Source of the DNA: Phallusia mammillata
Taxonomy: Eukaryota
Length of the DNA stretch: 64,000 nt
NCBI GenBank assembly: GCA_965637545.1
Contig: OZ281499.1
Span: 7,812,001-7,876,000, forward strand
Direction: 5' to 3'
In this document: positions 13,589-27,000 of the stretch, piece by piece
How the letters are laid out: each line of letters opens with the position of its first letter
How positions within the stretch are numbered: the first letter of the stretch is position 1
Made by a program: the position numbers and the translations under genes
Notes under the pieces: generated by a model
The model's input: only the letters and a program-made list of their open reading frames with translations
Database searches by the model: none
What the model was told of the DNA's origin: nothing

Positions 13589-14727
13589 ATGTCATCTTTG
13601 ACCGGACTTATTTGCGCCTTGCTTGCTGCGTTGCTTAGTGCGCTCATGGGATTTCTGGTGAAGTATTTGAAAGAGGCAAGCATGGAGATGGCACTCATGT
13701 TCCGTTTTTCGATTCAGTACTTTTTCATGCTGCCAATTATGCAATGGAATGGAAGGACTTTTGTTGATGAAAAACCACGATTAAACGTATTGATACCAGT
13801 GGTAGGATTGGGCGGAGCATTTTCGTCGTTTTGCTTTTACCTAAGTCTTAGCTTCTTAACGATCAGCGATGCTACCGTCATTGGTTGGGGGTCCATCGGC
13901 TTGATAGGGATATTTGCATTCTTTTTTCTGAAGGGTAAGTTGAAAAACGAAACAAAATAAACCTTTGATTTTACTGATATAGAATTAAAACACACTATTG
14001 GATCGTGTCTTTTTGTTGTTTGGAGTTATGTTAGTTATTTTACGTGTGAAATACCGTTGATCATCTGCACATAAAAAACAAAACATTGTCCGATTTAGTA
14101 ATTAACCATAAAAATACCCTAAAAATAGGTACGAAGTTAATAAAAATTATTTTTTTGTATCTTTGTTTAGAACCATGCGGTTTTGTGGAAATACTTTTTT
14201 CTGCCGCGGCCCTAGTTGGGCTTCTTCTCATATCTCGCCCATCGTTCATCTTCGGACATCAAACACATATTCAAAAAGAAACAAACCGACCAATTGGAAT
14301 CTTACTTGCCATAGGTGCAATGTTTTTCAACACTGTTTCTATCGTAGCTTTGCGAAAACTTGGCAAAGACCTCCACTTCAGTATTTCACTTGTATATCAC
14401 GCATTTTGCGCAGTCGTTGTAACGATCTTGTCGTTGTATTTCAGAAACGCTTACGCACTTCCCTGCACTTCTGACGTCATATACATGACGACATCTGGTG
14501 TTTCGGGATTGTTATATACAGCATTTTTGACCGTGGCGCTACAGTTAGAGTCGGCTGGCCCTGTTACAATAGTAACCAGTAGCCAAGTTGCAATTACTTT
14601 CCTTCTCGAGTATTTCTTTTTGGGTGTTGTACCTTCAACGTTCAGCCTTGTTGGCGCGGGTTTGGTGGTGGGCAGTACCATAGGTTCTGCAGCAGTTAAA
14701 ATGCGACGGGCCAGTAACGAAAACTAA
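13589..14727 (+). CDS. SLC35G/EamA (drug-metabolite transporter superfamily) protein, 300 aa, paralogue 1
   Basis: Exons 13589-13934 and 14171-14727 (AAG G|gtaagt ... tttag|AA CCA; phase 1); 903 nt open. About 10 hydrophobic segments; motifs VGLLLISRPSFIFG, LRKLGK..HFS and ALQLESAGPVTIV..SQV resemble SLC35G1. Confidence 0.88.
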
Positions 14728-15189
14728 CATATATTTACTAATTTCCAAAACTTTCTATTGTAGTAGGGTTGCTTTGTTTTCTGTATTGTAAACTAATTGG
14801 AAGACTCCCCTGTTCAAAATTATCAAAAACAATGAAGCAGTTCTATAATATCAAAAGCAATGTTCGATGCGTAAGATATAGTATTGTGCAAAAAAGAAGA
14901 TACTGTCGATTTGAGCAGTATTTCCCCATTAATAAGTTGTGACCCATTGACTCAATTCAATGGTTTATTTGTCACGATTTCGTGTAACAGTAACAAAGAA
15001 AATTGCACAACAAGTAACTACGTGACAGGTCAACAAAAGGCCAATCATTGGCCGCCAAGTCATTGACCCATTATCGTCTATTTGGAATAACGATAAAAAA
15101 AAAACGAAGATCGGCAATTAGCAGTTAGCAGTCACCTGGAAAAGTGATTGCTGGGGCAAAGTTACGAGGTAATGCAGTAGGACGGTAAA

Positions 15190-17445
15190 AAAACAAACAG
15201 TAATAATACAATACAATGTTTGCAATTTAATTCAGTACGTAAAAGAAGAAGAAGCAGAAACGCAGTAACAACACAATTATACAATAAGCGAAAATGCAAG
15301 GATATTTTTGAACGAATCGTTGTGTGCGCACGATCGAACAACTAGCTGGAGGGCAAATTAGCGACAAGAAAAGAAGGCCAGCAGCAGTGCGTAGGTTGAT
15401 TGTGTGATTGGGCACAGTTAATCAATGCAAAAACAACGTAAGGCATGTTTACAACAGCACGTGGGCGGGGGCAGCATGTAATGACGGAACCATTTTTTTT
15501 TTAAATGGAGCATATCTGCTAACAAGAAACTGTTTTACTTTCTTTTTAAAAGTGTGTAAGCCCACATGTTTAATGTTTTCTGGCAGAATGTCCCACATTT
15601 TAGAACTGGCAAAGAATATGGTATTTTGTGCTCGTTTGGTCGAAACGCGGTGCAAAAAGTATTGACCTCTTGATGCCAGTCTGGTGTTGTGTTGGTGAAT
15701 GTGCTGGATTGGTGTTAAAAATTGGTGAAAAGTTTCAGGTAATGCCATGCTTTTAAAAAGAAACACAAATTTAACTACCTCTGTGAAGTGTAGGGCCTAT
15801 ATCTTTCAGCTTTACAATGTTTGTTTTTTTGTACAGGGGAGCTGGTGATGTCCGATATGGGCTATGAGTAATGATTTTTAAAATCCTATTCTGAAGGGAT
15901 ATTAATGGCTGCAAAGTAGTTTGATTAGCAAAGCCCCAAGCTATTAATCCATGCAGGAGGTATGGGTGTACCAATGAATGGTATATAGCTCGGAGGGTTG
16001 GAAATTGCATGAGATGTCGTAGCTTTGCAAGTATGCCAGCACTGCGACTAATTTTTTTGCGAAGATATTGTATGTGGGGTTTGAAATTTAAATTCTTGTC
16101 AAAAAACACACCAAGGTATTTCACTGCTTGCACCTCTGCAATGGAGTCATGTCCGTATGTTATTTTGAAAGCGGAATGAAGAATGTGTTTGGTTTTGGTA
16201 AATATCATAAACTTTGTTTTTTTTGTAGTTTAATGGCAATTTATTCACCCGCATCCATTGGTCAACCTTGCCAAATTCATTATTTACATTTTTTTGCAGT
16301 ACAGAGGAGTTGCTGTCTGACATCCAGAGAAATGTGTCATCGGCAAACAATCTTGTATTAAATTTTGATGCTGTCGGTAGGTCGTTGATGTACAATATAA
16401 AAGCAAAGGACCCAAAATGGATCCTTGGGGAAGGCCACAAGTTGTATTTAGACAGCAAGATTTGTAGTTTGGATGGATGTAAGTGATTTGCTTCCGATCT
16501 GTCAGGTAACTTCTGAAAAATTTCAGTATGTGACCTCTAAAACCATAGCAACTTAACTTTTGCAGCAATATAGAATGGTCAACAGTGTCGAATGCTTTTG
16601 CCAAATCCAAAAAAATTCCACAGGTGATGTGATCATTGTCACAATTTAATACAAGTTTGTCGTGAATTTCTGCTATAGTCAAATTTGTTGAGTGTTTGGG
16701 TCGGAAGCCATGTTGGAACTTAGTAATCAGTTTAAACTTGTTCAGGTAATTTGTCATTCTGTTGTATATTAGTCTTTCAAATACTTTTGTCACAATTGGT
16801 AAGAGGGATATTGGCCTGTAGTTGGACATTTCCTGGGAATTCCCACCTTTGAAACAGGGAATGACCTTTGCCAGTTTGAGACAGTTTGGATAGACACCGG
16901 AAAAGACACATTCATTGAATATGTCACAAAGCAAGGGAGATAAGTATGGGGCTGCAAGTTTGAGTAATTTAGCAGGTATATCATATGGCCCTGGTGCCTT
17001 CCTTTCATTTAATGCCAATATAGTATTATACACCTCATTTGTGTCTATAGATATAAATGAAAATGAATTGGATGTTGGATGGAGAAGAAATGATATTGGG
17101 GATTGTGGTGTAGACAGAATTTTGCTTGCCATGTTGCTGCCAATTGTCGAAAAGTAAGTGTTGAATGCATCAGCTATCAATGTGGGATCTGTAATGTGTT
17201 GTGAGTTATTAATAACTTTTGTGATGTTGTTTTGTTTGTTTGTGTGAGGTGATATTGCGTATTATCTGCCAGGTTTTTTGGGGATTGTTTTGGTTAGCTG
17301 TAAAAAGGTTTGTGTAGTGAAGTTGTTTAGATTTTGTTATAACATTTTTAAGCATTATTGACAAACAATATTTTTCTTTGCGGTGCACTTTACAAATTGA
17401 ATGTAGATATAAATGCACGCATGCATTTCATCATTTAGCTTTTAA
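15190..17445 (-). mobile_element. 5'-truncated LINE (CR1/L2/Crack-like) with frameshifted ORF2 reverse transcriptase
   Basis: Consecutive minus-strand ORF pieces: KTWQII, ADAFNTYFSTIG, KAPGPYDIP, NYRPISLLP, QHGFRPKHST, FLDLAKAFDTVDH, GLPQGSILGP, LFADDT, KYLGVFFDKNLNFKPHI, HNTR. Several frameshifts; no endonuclease domain. The 3' end lies in a tattg/ttc-rich simple tract, so boundaries are approximate. Confidence 0.93.
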
Positions 17446-17850
17446 ACATGACATAATATTCAGACGATTATTTGAAGAAAAAAAAACGAAAATAGAAAGA
17501 GCGAGACCCGCGGTTTGTTGCCTCATACACTGAAACCAGTATATTCGCTTTTTATTTAGGAAATTAGCAATTCAAAAGATACATGATCAAACTTTCCTTG
17601 TCGTAGCGTTTTATTCCAACTATATATAGATACCACAACCGGAACCTTTTCACACAGCTGTTAACATGCATTCATAAAAAAAAGAAAACAAACGTAAGGG
17701 TTAATACAATGTTTAGAAAAGACGCGTAGGCTACATGGTCAAACACATACCTAAGGGTTTAAATATGTCGCCAAACACAAGGCAGGAATACCAAAGAAAA
17801 GAAAAAAACAAGATTCAATCAAGTTAGAACAACAGGTAAATAACCTTAAA

Positions 17851-18878
17851 TTATTTTCGCAAACGATTCCTCCTTATATTGATTAGTGTCAAAGAAATTG
17901 CACTTAACAAAATAAGAGCAGCGCCGACAACACTGCAGAAGGTACAACACCCAAAAAGAAATATTCCAAAAGAAATACGATACTAACAGGGCCAGCGGCT
18001 TCTTTCTGGATAGCCACAGTCAAAAAAATCATATAAAGCAATCCACAAAAAGCAGACGACATCATAAATAGAAGGTCGGTGGTGCACGGTATGAAGAAAA
18101 CATTGTTAAAATACATTGAAATGAGTGACGTAATCAACATACACAGTGCTTGATAAAAAGCAGTAATGCTGAAATGAACTTTCTTTCCCAGTTTTCTTAC
18201 CGTCACTATACAGACCGCTGTCAGGAACATTGCAGTAACGGAAAGTATGATTCCGATGCCGCTATTTGGGTTATTTCCTTCATCTGTTTGACCCCCGAAC
18301 ATAAACGATGGACGAGAAATGAACAAAAGTCCTAAGACTGTTGTTGCGGTAAAAACTACTTCAATGATTCCACAATGCTCTGAATTAAACGTGACACATT
18401 TAAGCAAACGACATTGTAGAACAACTGTTCATCACACAAAGGTATATTGTACATTTTTAACAGTTGTATTGACTTACCTTTTAGAAAAAATACACGAGAA
18501 AATTCCCACCAATGCCACTGAACCCCATGTAATAACTGTGGAGTCACTTACTGACAGGAAAATCAGGCTGTAGAAATAAGCGTAAGATGCAACAGCACCG
18601 CTCAAACCGACGACAGCCAGTAACGCGTTGTGCCAAAGTCTGTGTTCAACAAACGCGATTCCTTTCCATTGCATTGCCGGCAGCATAAAAATGTACAAAA
18701 CAACACAACGAACCAGCAGCGTCTGGTCCATGCTCGCTTGCTTAACGTACTTGACAAGAAAGCCCATCAGAGAAGAAAAGACTGAAGCCAACAGGGCATA
18801 TAAGAATCCCAGCCGAGATCTTACACTTTGCATTGTGTTTGACATTTTAGTCCATTCTCCGTTTGCTACTCCATTCAT
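17851..18878 (-). pseudogene. SLC35G/EamA paralogue 2, probably pseudogenised
   Basis: Exons 18878-18478 and 18379-17851, with the same intron position as paralogue 1. An extra T in the run at ~18485-18490 shifts the donor to phase 2 while the acceptor needs phase 1. Eight codons (TSSQVAIT) are missing at ~17975. A further frameshift lies at ~17935, after which the homologous tail VVGAALILLSAISLTLINIRRNRLRK* continues in another frame to 17851. Confidence 0.72.
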
Positions 18879-21800
18879 CTAACAGTATAAGCAACTGGTA
18901 AACACCAATTTGCAAGTAACTTATCGGACAGAAATACAGTAATTTCATAGAAAACCGACACGACTCATGTATGTTGTTGATAAAATAACCTAATACATAG
19001 CATTTTGGCTTAGTGTACTGTGCGGGCTAAAAAGTGCATATTTTCATGTTATACACCAAGCTATTTTGTCCGCTTAGTCTGTCCTTCTCTATCTATTCTG
19101 TAAGTGCCTCACCTCAAAACTCTCATTCTATGTCAGAAAAACATGCACGTTTCGCGTTTTTTCACAAAACCGCTGACAAAACAAAACTGCTGGCAAAAGC
19201 GTACTCACGAATCAGACGTAAGTAAGATATAGCAGCGCTGAAGGCAATATCAAAATTCATTTTACACATCCTCGAGACTGTTAGCATTACTAGCGCTTTG
19301 TGAACCAGTAACTTTTGTCGCCAGGTGGCACAGTCTAACTGGTTTACAAGTGACCGGTTTTAAAATTTTGTGCATGTTGGCGTGATCAACATAATAACAA
19401 GCTTTACAGAGGACCAAGCAGATCAACTCATGCGACAAGTTATGACAACAATAAAGTATTACTAAGTTGTTGTACATTTTGCTTTGACTTTCAATGTTTG
19501 AACCTAGCTTCGTATAGGAAGCGCTGTTGCTTCGTCAATTATTCTTACAGATAATTCACTATTTAATCAGTGATCGTCGACAGAAGATGCCTACTATTTA
19601 TGGGAAAGATCCTGTAATAAACACTAAATGCTAGCTTCGTATAGAGAACGATTCATGCATAAAGTTTTAGTCTGCACAAAATATTCATTTCACACTGCTT
19701 TTAGCTTCTGAAATATTTTCGTTGTTCGAATAAGATATTTTTATTCGGCCTAAATTGACAAACGATGAAACGAGGTTCTACATTTAACAATGGATATTTT
19801 CGGAGAAATTTTTTGATAAAGCATAATTTTTCTTAATAGCACCCCCCTTATTTCCATTAATAACATCCAGCAATACTTCCTGTTTTCTCTTCAAATCTCT
19901 TGATAATTTAATAGTGGTTAAAATGTTCGTGCCACCCAAACCTAATCACGAGTGTTAATAACGTCGAATGGGTTCATTTTCGGGAAATCCCCGTGTGCTA
20001 TGGGCCAATCGCGTACTTCGTGAAAGTCATATGGTCCCATACCAAAACATAAATTATGCATGACTTGCAACCGACCGCATTGCACGCTTGCACAACAAAA
20101 CCCTGTTTTATCTGATAGCAAATTAGCCAGCAATGCGTTATGCTTTTACGTTATGCATTGACGACCGTATGGTGCCATACGAGTTTGCTTATTTCGGGTT
20201 TTTCCGTCTACGTGAGAAGCACACTGTATGTAAATGCGATTTGGAGACATATGCATTGGTTACGTGCAAAACTTTGCAAAGCGTTGACAACGTGAGTCAC
20301 CTCTTGCTCGGTGCAGCGTTTGTGTTATTGGATGTTACAAACTATACGAGCGAGCTGCGAGTTCCGCAAACCTTTATGACCTCCCCCACGCGGAAACGCT
20401 AAAGTTTACTTTCGTTAGCAGAAAAAAGGGGGCAAATTACTACCTTGTTAGAATAAACAGAAAACCGCGTATGAATAAATCTTGCAACAGATAACTATCG
20501 ATCACAATATACCGTCTGTAAATAAAGTTTAAAGTGGAACACAATCAACTGTAAATAGACAAAAAAATACCGTAAATGCTTATCGACCACAAAACATTTA
20601 AACGCCACTTATTTGCACACTGATATAACTCAGTTTTAAGTTGGCGGAATTTGTTTACCATACTAGCGCAAAACAATTGTGTGCCAATAAATCAAGTTTC
20701 GAAACCACAATCCACTTGACGTATTGGTACTTTCCAAGGTTAGCTTCAGTACATCACGTAAATATAGTGGTTAAATTAAACAGTTTATGTGCACTCATTT
20801 GACTGCAATTAAGTCTTTACGAAATATTTAGCAAGTTGAGTCAACTGGTAATAAATATCTATGATTCGGTAAAGCGGTTGAACTTCCAAGAATTTGACAT
20901 GTTATTAATCATGCTTGATAATGTATTGGTTCATTCCGTTCAAGTACGTTCGAGAAAATGTTAAATATAACCCTCAGTTTTCGCACCAACCTGTTTAACC
21001 TCCAAAAAGATGACAAATAAAGCTGACTTAATTCAAACTCATATTCGATAATAAATATTAAAACAACTTCAAAATATATTTAACAATCAGGAAATATTAT
21101 TTTGTAATAGTTTCCAACAAAATAGTAAGTTGTAGCCTAAATAACGAAACCATATCAAAACATCACAATAACATTACTACATACATAATAATTGGAGGCG
21201 GAATCAAACTCAAATAAAAATGTTTTTCAGCGCCGGTTTTGACGAACAAGTTTCAAAACATAAGGCATAAAACGATGAATACATATGTATGATATAGGTC
21301 AGAATGTATTTTTAACTTCGAAAAACAATACTTGTTCAAATGGGACGCAACGTGAATAAGCGTACATTTAATAATGTTTAACACAACTTGATCAGAATTT
21401 TTTGAACACAGCAAAGAGCAGCGGTATGTACACTAAGCGAGTAGCCTTTTCTTGTAAGGGCAAACAATTTTTTGATTTTAGGAATTTCAATATTCTGGTA
21501 CATGATCTGTGGAATTTCCTCTGCTAAGTTTGATCTTTAGCTATGAAAAGTACGACGATCACGTTTTGTTTTGAAATATTTCCATGCACCCGTTTGACTA
21601 CTTGAACTTTTGTTTATTAATACCAAGCCTAATTAAAGTTAGACTACTTGTCGATATTTTTGTCGGGCGTGATTTGAATGTTTCCACAAGAATTGTGAGC
21701 GATATTGTTGTGTATCACGCTTTTAAAGTTTGGGCTCTGTTTTGCAAAATTTTAATTATTTCAAGTGTTTCGAAAAAAGTGTGTGGTGAACAATATTTTA

Positions 21801-23984
21801 GAAAAGATTTTGATAAACAGAAACCTTTCATAATTTCACCAAGATTGATTGCAAGCAAAATTGATTTTAGGCATCGAAAATGTAAATAACCAATCAAAAA
21901 CAAACACCTTTAGCGCAGTGTTGATTGGTAGTCAAATGTATTTAACAGTGAAACTGAGCCGTTGAGATTTATGCATAACAACGATATGTTTATCAATGCT
22001 GCCACAAGCCACGATTAGGTGTTTCGTCGCTGAAACAGACCAGCAGAACCGCTTATCTATGATAACTGCACAAATTCAACCCGTGACCTTTTGACGTTCC
22101 TTGGTCAACATTTACAGTGCTGTGATTCACATATCGAACAAGGTGGCCAACTATGTGGTCATGGGGATCGCATCTATTTTGGACATAACCTTTTAAATCT
22201 TCAGATGCAAAGCTACAAGTTTCTTCAGAGCTTTGTTTATTGGAATTTTCAAGAACCCGTTGTGCAAAAAATGTTTTCTTTCGATGATTTGTTGGCATTC
22301 CATTCCCGGAAATTGTCTGCATTTACTATTCGGTACAACCTATAAAACCGCACGTGTTGTAAATGTACAACAAACGTGCTAGTATACTGTAGTGAAAACA
22401 ATCTCACTCTATCGATTATAATGGTAGGAAGTCATTATTTCACAGCACGAAAATATTCTATTGATTTGTAAAATAACGGTAAATATATTTGCAACAAATG
22501 CCGCATGTGAACACACCACCTGCTAGGCACGGTTAATACCCAATTAGTCGTTTGCTGTTGTTATGAACCCCACTGCCCCGTTGTTTTGCAAGGACGCATT
22601 ATACCCAGCGGGCAGGTGCGGTTATTAATAAATTTCCGGAGTTAGCCGTAACAAAGTGTGAATCGAGTTTCAAATAAGCGGTGAACTCAAGGCAAACACT
22701 GAAACGAAAACACTGGAGTTGTACGAGTCCGCATGGTGGTTATATGCTGCAGTTATCATTTACAGACGCCGTATCAATTTCCGCGGTTGATTCATTGGAA
22801 TTTCAATGGGCCTGAATGGCAGCGTGCATCATTCCCTCAACCGAAACAAACTCGCATAAACTCTGTTTGCAACACAAAGCCGTGTGCACTGTTCAGCCAA
22901 GAACTGACATTTCCTGCTGTTTTTGCTGGAAGAACGAACGAGGGTGTCATTATAACATACTCTGAGTCCAATGCGAAACTTGCAAGCAAAGATAACTTTT
23001 CAAGAAAAGTTTTAAATAAAGCATAAATTGGATAATTTCATTTTTGTATACTCAAACGCGTTTTGATAGTCCTTGAATATTTAAATAAAACCGAAACCGA
23101 CTAAATTGATGATTTGTAAAACAAACAATAAACCGCATTTGCACATCGCTGTGAGCATTTTCGATGTTTTTTTATGACAGTTTCTGTTTGACAATGATGT
23201 AGCAATAGACGTAGTGTTCTAATTTAACAGTTAAGATAAATTAACAAAACTGTAGAATTTCCATATTTTCGATCTTCCTTTGACAGCCTCCCCGGACTTC
23301 CATGTACGTGGGGATTCCATTTTTGGTAATCATGCGCAGAAACGAAAAATCACTGCGTTAAGCCGGTTCAGTTATTGCGCAAATTGATGCCCGACACAGG
23401 AAGAACCAGAGTTCAAGAGGTAGTGCAGGCTGTTTTAGCGGTTACTGTTGGTTCCCTGTTACCGAAAGGTCGCAATAAATTGACATTTTCCTTGTATTGA
23501 AACTGGGTGGGTCAACGAACCCCAACAAAATCTTTGTTAATTCATTATCTATGACAAAAATTTGAAATTTTGAGTGTTTAAACATCCATCCAAATTCGAT
23601 TTAGCTTCAAAATCAGATTTTTGTAAAATTATGAATTTGTATTAGTATCAGCCCCTCGTTCGATATGTTGTATAAAAGTGATTAGAAATGGATAATAACC
23701 CTTTTAACTAGTTCGGTATACATAAGGTAATTACTTATTATAGGCTTTATACACCATAAGTATAATCAATGTCCGCCAATCTGCACAGGTTGATATCTAT
23801 TCTGCCTTAAGTAAAGAGATTAGCACAAAAACACAAAAACAATGTGTGTTTAAGCGTTAGATCACATAACCCGAATCCAAATTGCAATTCAATATATGTG
23901 CGAGTTACAATGTGTTTTCTACCAAAAAACTATTTTGTACAGTTGCAGTGGACTTCGAAAATACTCTACAACCAAAACGCCCTG

Positions 23985-24035
23985 CCAATTGGCAAATTGT
24001 CAACGCAGCCCCAGTACGCGAGGCAGCAATATAAA
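23985..24035 (+). promoter_or_regulatory. Candidate Pol II core promoter (CCAAT + TATAAA)
   Basis: ccaat at 23985 and tataaa at 24030 in CpG-rich sequence, followed ~190 nt later by a donor-like ACG|gtaaag at 24227. Motif-only evidence. Confidence 0.3.
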
Positions 24036-27000
24036 GCCATAGTGCGGGGTGTGTCTTGCACAGTGCGTGTCTGCCGCTGATCAGGTCAGATGACGTGCAT
24101 TCGGCACTCTGATATCACTTCCGTCCACGTAGCTGTGAACTGGCGCGACCGCCTGCACCAAAACTGTTGTCACTTCACTGTTGATGTAGCTTGGCTCATG
24201 CTCAGCCAGGGTGGTACAATGAATACGGTAAAGTAATTTTTAGATGCTACACTAATATAGTGAGTTGATTTGAAGCGCTTTAGTAAATATTTTTAATAAA
24301 CAACGCGTCGAACATAAGCATCATGTCGCATATTTTACAAAGTGCATTGCAGGACACGCGAGTATCGAGAAAGGCGCCACAGTGAATGGCAGGCGAGTTT
24401 GACATAAACATTATGAAAGCGCGCTGGTATTTTATGCGTCGCGGTCGCGGTGCCATTAGTTCAGCGGTTTGTGGAACAGTTTGTGTGCCGTCGCTGAACG
24501 CCCGATCGTAACTTGGCTTTCCAGATTTCCCGGTAATGGCGTGACTGTGCGCGTGTTTCATCTTTGCCGCTCGGGTGTGAATTACAAGCATGTAGTGGTT
24601 GACAGACCGCAAGATTTCAGGTCAACTGCCTGTTTTCATTAATCTCGCGTCACATGAAATCTATCTTCGGAGGTCTCCGCGCGGCCGCAGGCTCTTGACT
24701 CTTGGCATGGTTAAAAGATTCCTAAAATTGCAAGCCGATCGACTGAGTTTAGGCGGGTTTTCGTGAAATGAATGGGCATAATACGCGAACTTACTTGAAC
24801 CACTAGGCACAGGTGTTCCCGCAATTAGCCAATCAGATTGATTTTCTGTTTCGGGGTTATTTCGGTGGAATTGTGTCGTGCTGGTGGGTCTGATTTCAAT
24901 CGCTGTAATTTTCGCCATACCATGATTTCCATCTGTGTTGACAAACCACAATGTTGGGTTTAGGCGCAGGTGGTCGCTTCATAGAAGCTTACATGCAAAT
25001 TATTTTCAACTGATGCCGTCGCTTTGGCGTTAAATAGTCCGGGATTGGTGTGTGCAATGGCGGGGAACAACCGTCTAGTGTTTTAACAAAGGAAAAAAGC
25101 ACTGCGTTTTTGAAAATCTTAATACCAATGCTGTATTCAGATGAGAATTTAGTTGTGTAAAATACAACTAGTTTCTGTTAACGGACTATTTAGAAGGTTG
25201 ATGATTCAACTCTGATGTGTAAGTATCACGCACGACCATTGCTTTACACTTACTTTGCGCTGTAATGCTACACAACCAACAACAGTAGTTAACTGAGGTT
25301 TAGCTATTAATACACCCAATTTGTTGACTCTGTACACACGCCAGTTTGTGGCGTTAATTAATCTTCATTCCGCACTGCACAAGCGTTGGTCGTAGGTTAA
25401 GCTGTACTAAGCGGAAATAGTCAGTCTGTGCGGAGGCAAGTGCTTTGGGGGCGGTTATTTACAAAGCAACTAAAAGGTCGCATTGCGTACAGTGATAACC
25501 CTAGATAAGGTGGATTGTGCCCACAGTTCAGGGGAGGTGAGATTGTAGGGTAGGGTGGCCTCATGATATTGTTTAATTTTAAAACTTCCAGGTTTCTGCC
25601 CACACGTTTTGTGAAAGGCCTCATGAAGTTGTTTTTATCAGCGGCGTAAGCGCGATAAGACCGAGTAAATATTAGCATTCCTGCAGTCAAATTGCGGGAG
25701 GTTTTTCAAGCCATATGTAAGGTGGGTGTGTTAGCTGGCTCAATACGATGTTAATTCTATAACGACTGTGGCTTTCCACAGGTTAACGTGTAACTCGTTA
25801 ACAGTCGGTTTGTGTCAGTAAGCTGCGAGTACCGTTTAGCTTGTTAATCTGCAGTTTGATAAGGGTTTATTTGTTTTTTTTATTGGATGGGTGACTGTTT
25901 AACTATATGCAGATAAATTAACATAGAAGTTTAAAAAAGATTCGTCATTTCGACGTCGTTAGTGTCTCGTAAAAACTGTTTATTTGTGACTGGTTAATCA
26001 CAGTTTGGTTCTCCATACAATGACATGCAAAACCGGATTTTGTACCAAAGTTCAATACCCTCTTGAAGTTGCGTGAGATACAATTATATGTCGTGCCAAC
26101 GTTCGAATTATGCAGACAAGCGTGTGTGACGCGAACACTTCCACAGAAAACTGTCAGACGATAGACCCGACTGACCCGTTGGCATAATTACTGCCTCGAC
26201 TCGGGTGCAATTTTCGGCGTAGGCCTCGGCAAACGCGTTTAACTGCAGCAGAAGCAGTATTTCTCCTTTTTCGCGAAAGGAATTTCGCTTTCGCAGCGTT
26301 CCGCCTTTTTTCGCAAACCCGAGCCTAACTTCAAAAGCGGCTCGCGCCAGGCTTGTGCTGGTAAAGAAGGTAAGGACTTGAATCAAACGAGTCCGGTTTC
26401 TGCTTCGCCAGGCGCAAGAACTTCCTAGTGTTGGTTTGGGCGTGAAGAGCTTGAGTAAAGCAAGTGTAGAACTAAGTGTAATTAGCAATGCTTTATATTT
26501 AGACGTGTCTTTTGTTTCATGATTAAAGGTGATTTTTTTATTACTGAACAGCAAAATCTTAAGTTTAGTCTGACCTTAAAGCGCTTAACCGGCATTTGAA
26601 TTACTACTTCATTTTCTTCTTTGTCACGGCGCAAATCGATGCTTGTTAGATTAGAAACTTTTGCTCTATGGTCAGACTTTAATATTGCTACGTAAACGGA
26701 CTTTGACTAGTCTTTAATAGTACCTATCTAGTTACAGTCCTGATGACCTAGCCTACAATCTATACTACAGTTAACGAAGACAATTGACAGATTATGCATC
26801 TAGCACTTCTAGCCTTCGTCGTTTGTTTTTGCTTTTGTGAGCATTAAGTGATAAGGCGTATAGGCTATTAACCGTATGGCATTATCAATTTGCAAATTTC
26901 CGTTTTTGACCACGCAAATATGATAATCTGTATCTAGCACCAAAGTTCAATTGCTATTAAGTGCTTTGAAATGCGGCATCTTCTGATACTTTCGATAGTG

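Noticed and set aside
21300-21620. Possible hAT dimerisation-domain remnant on the minus strand (PKIKKLFALT...SVHTAA)
   Set aside because: Short, interrupted by stops, and no TIRs were found.
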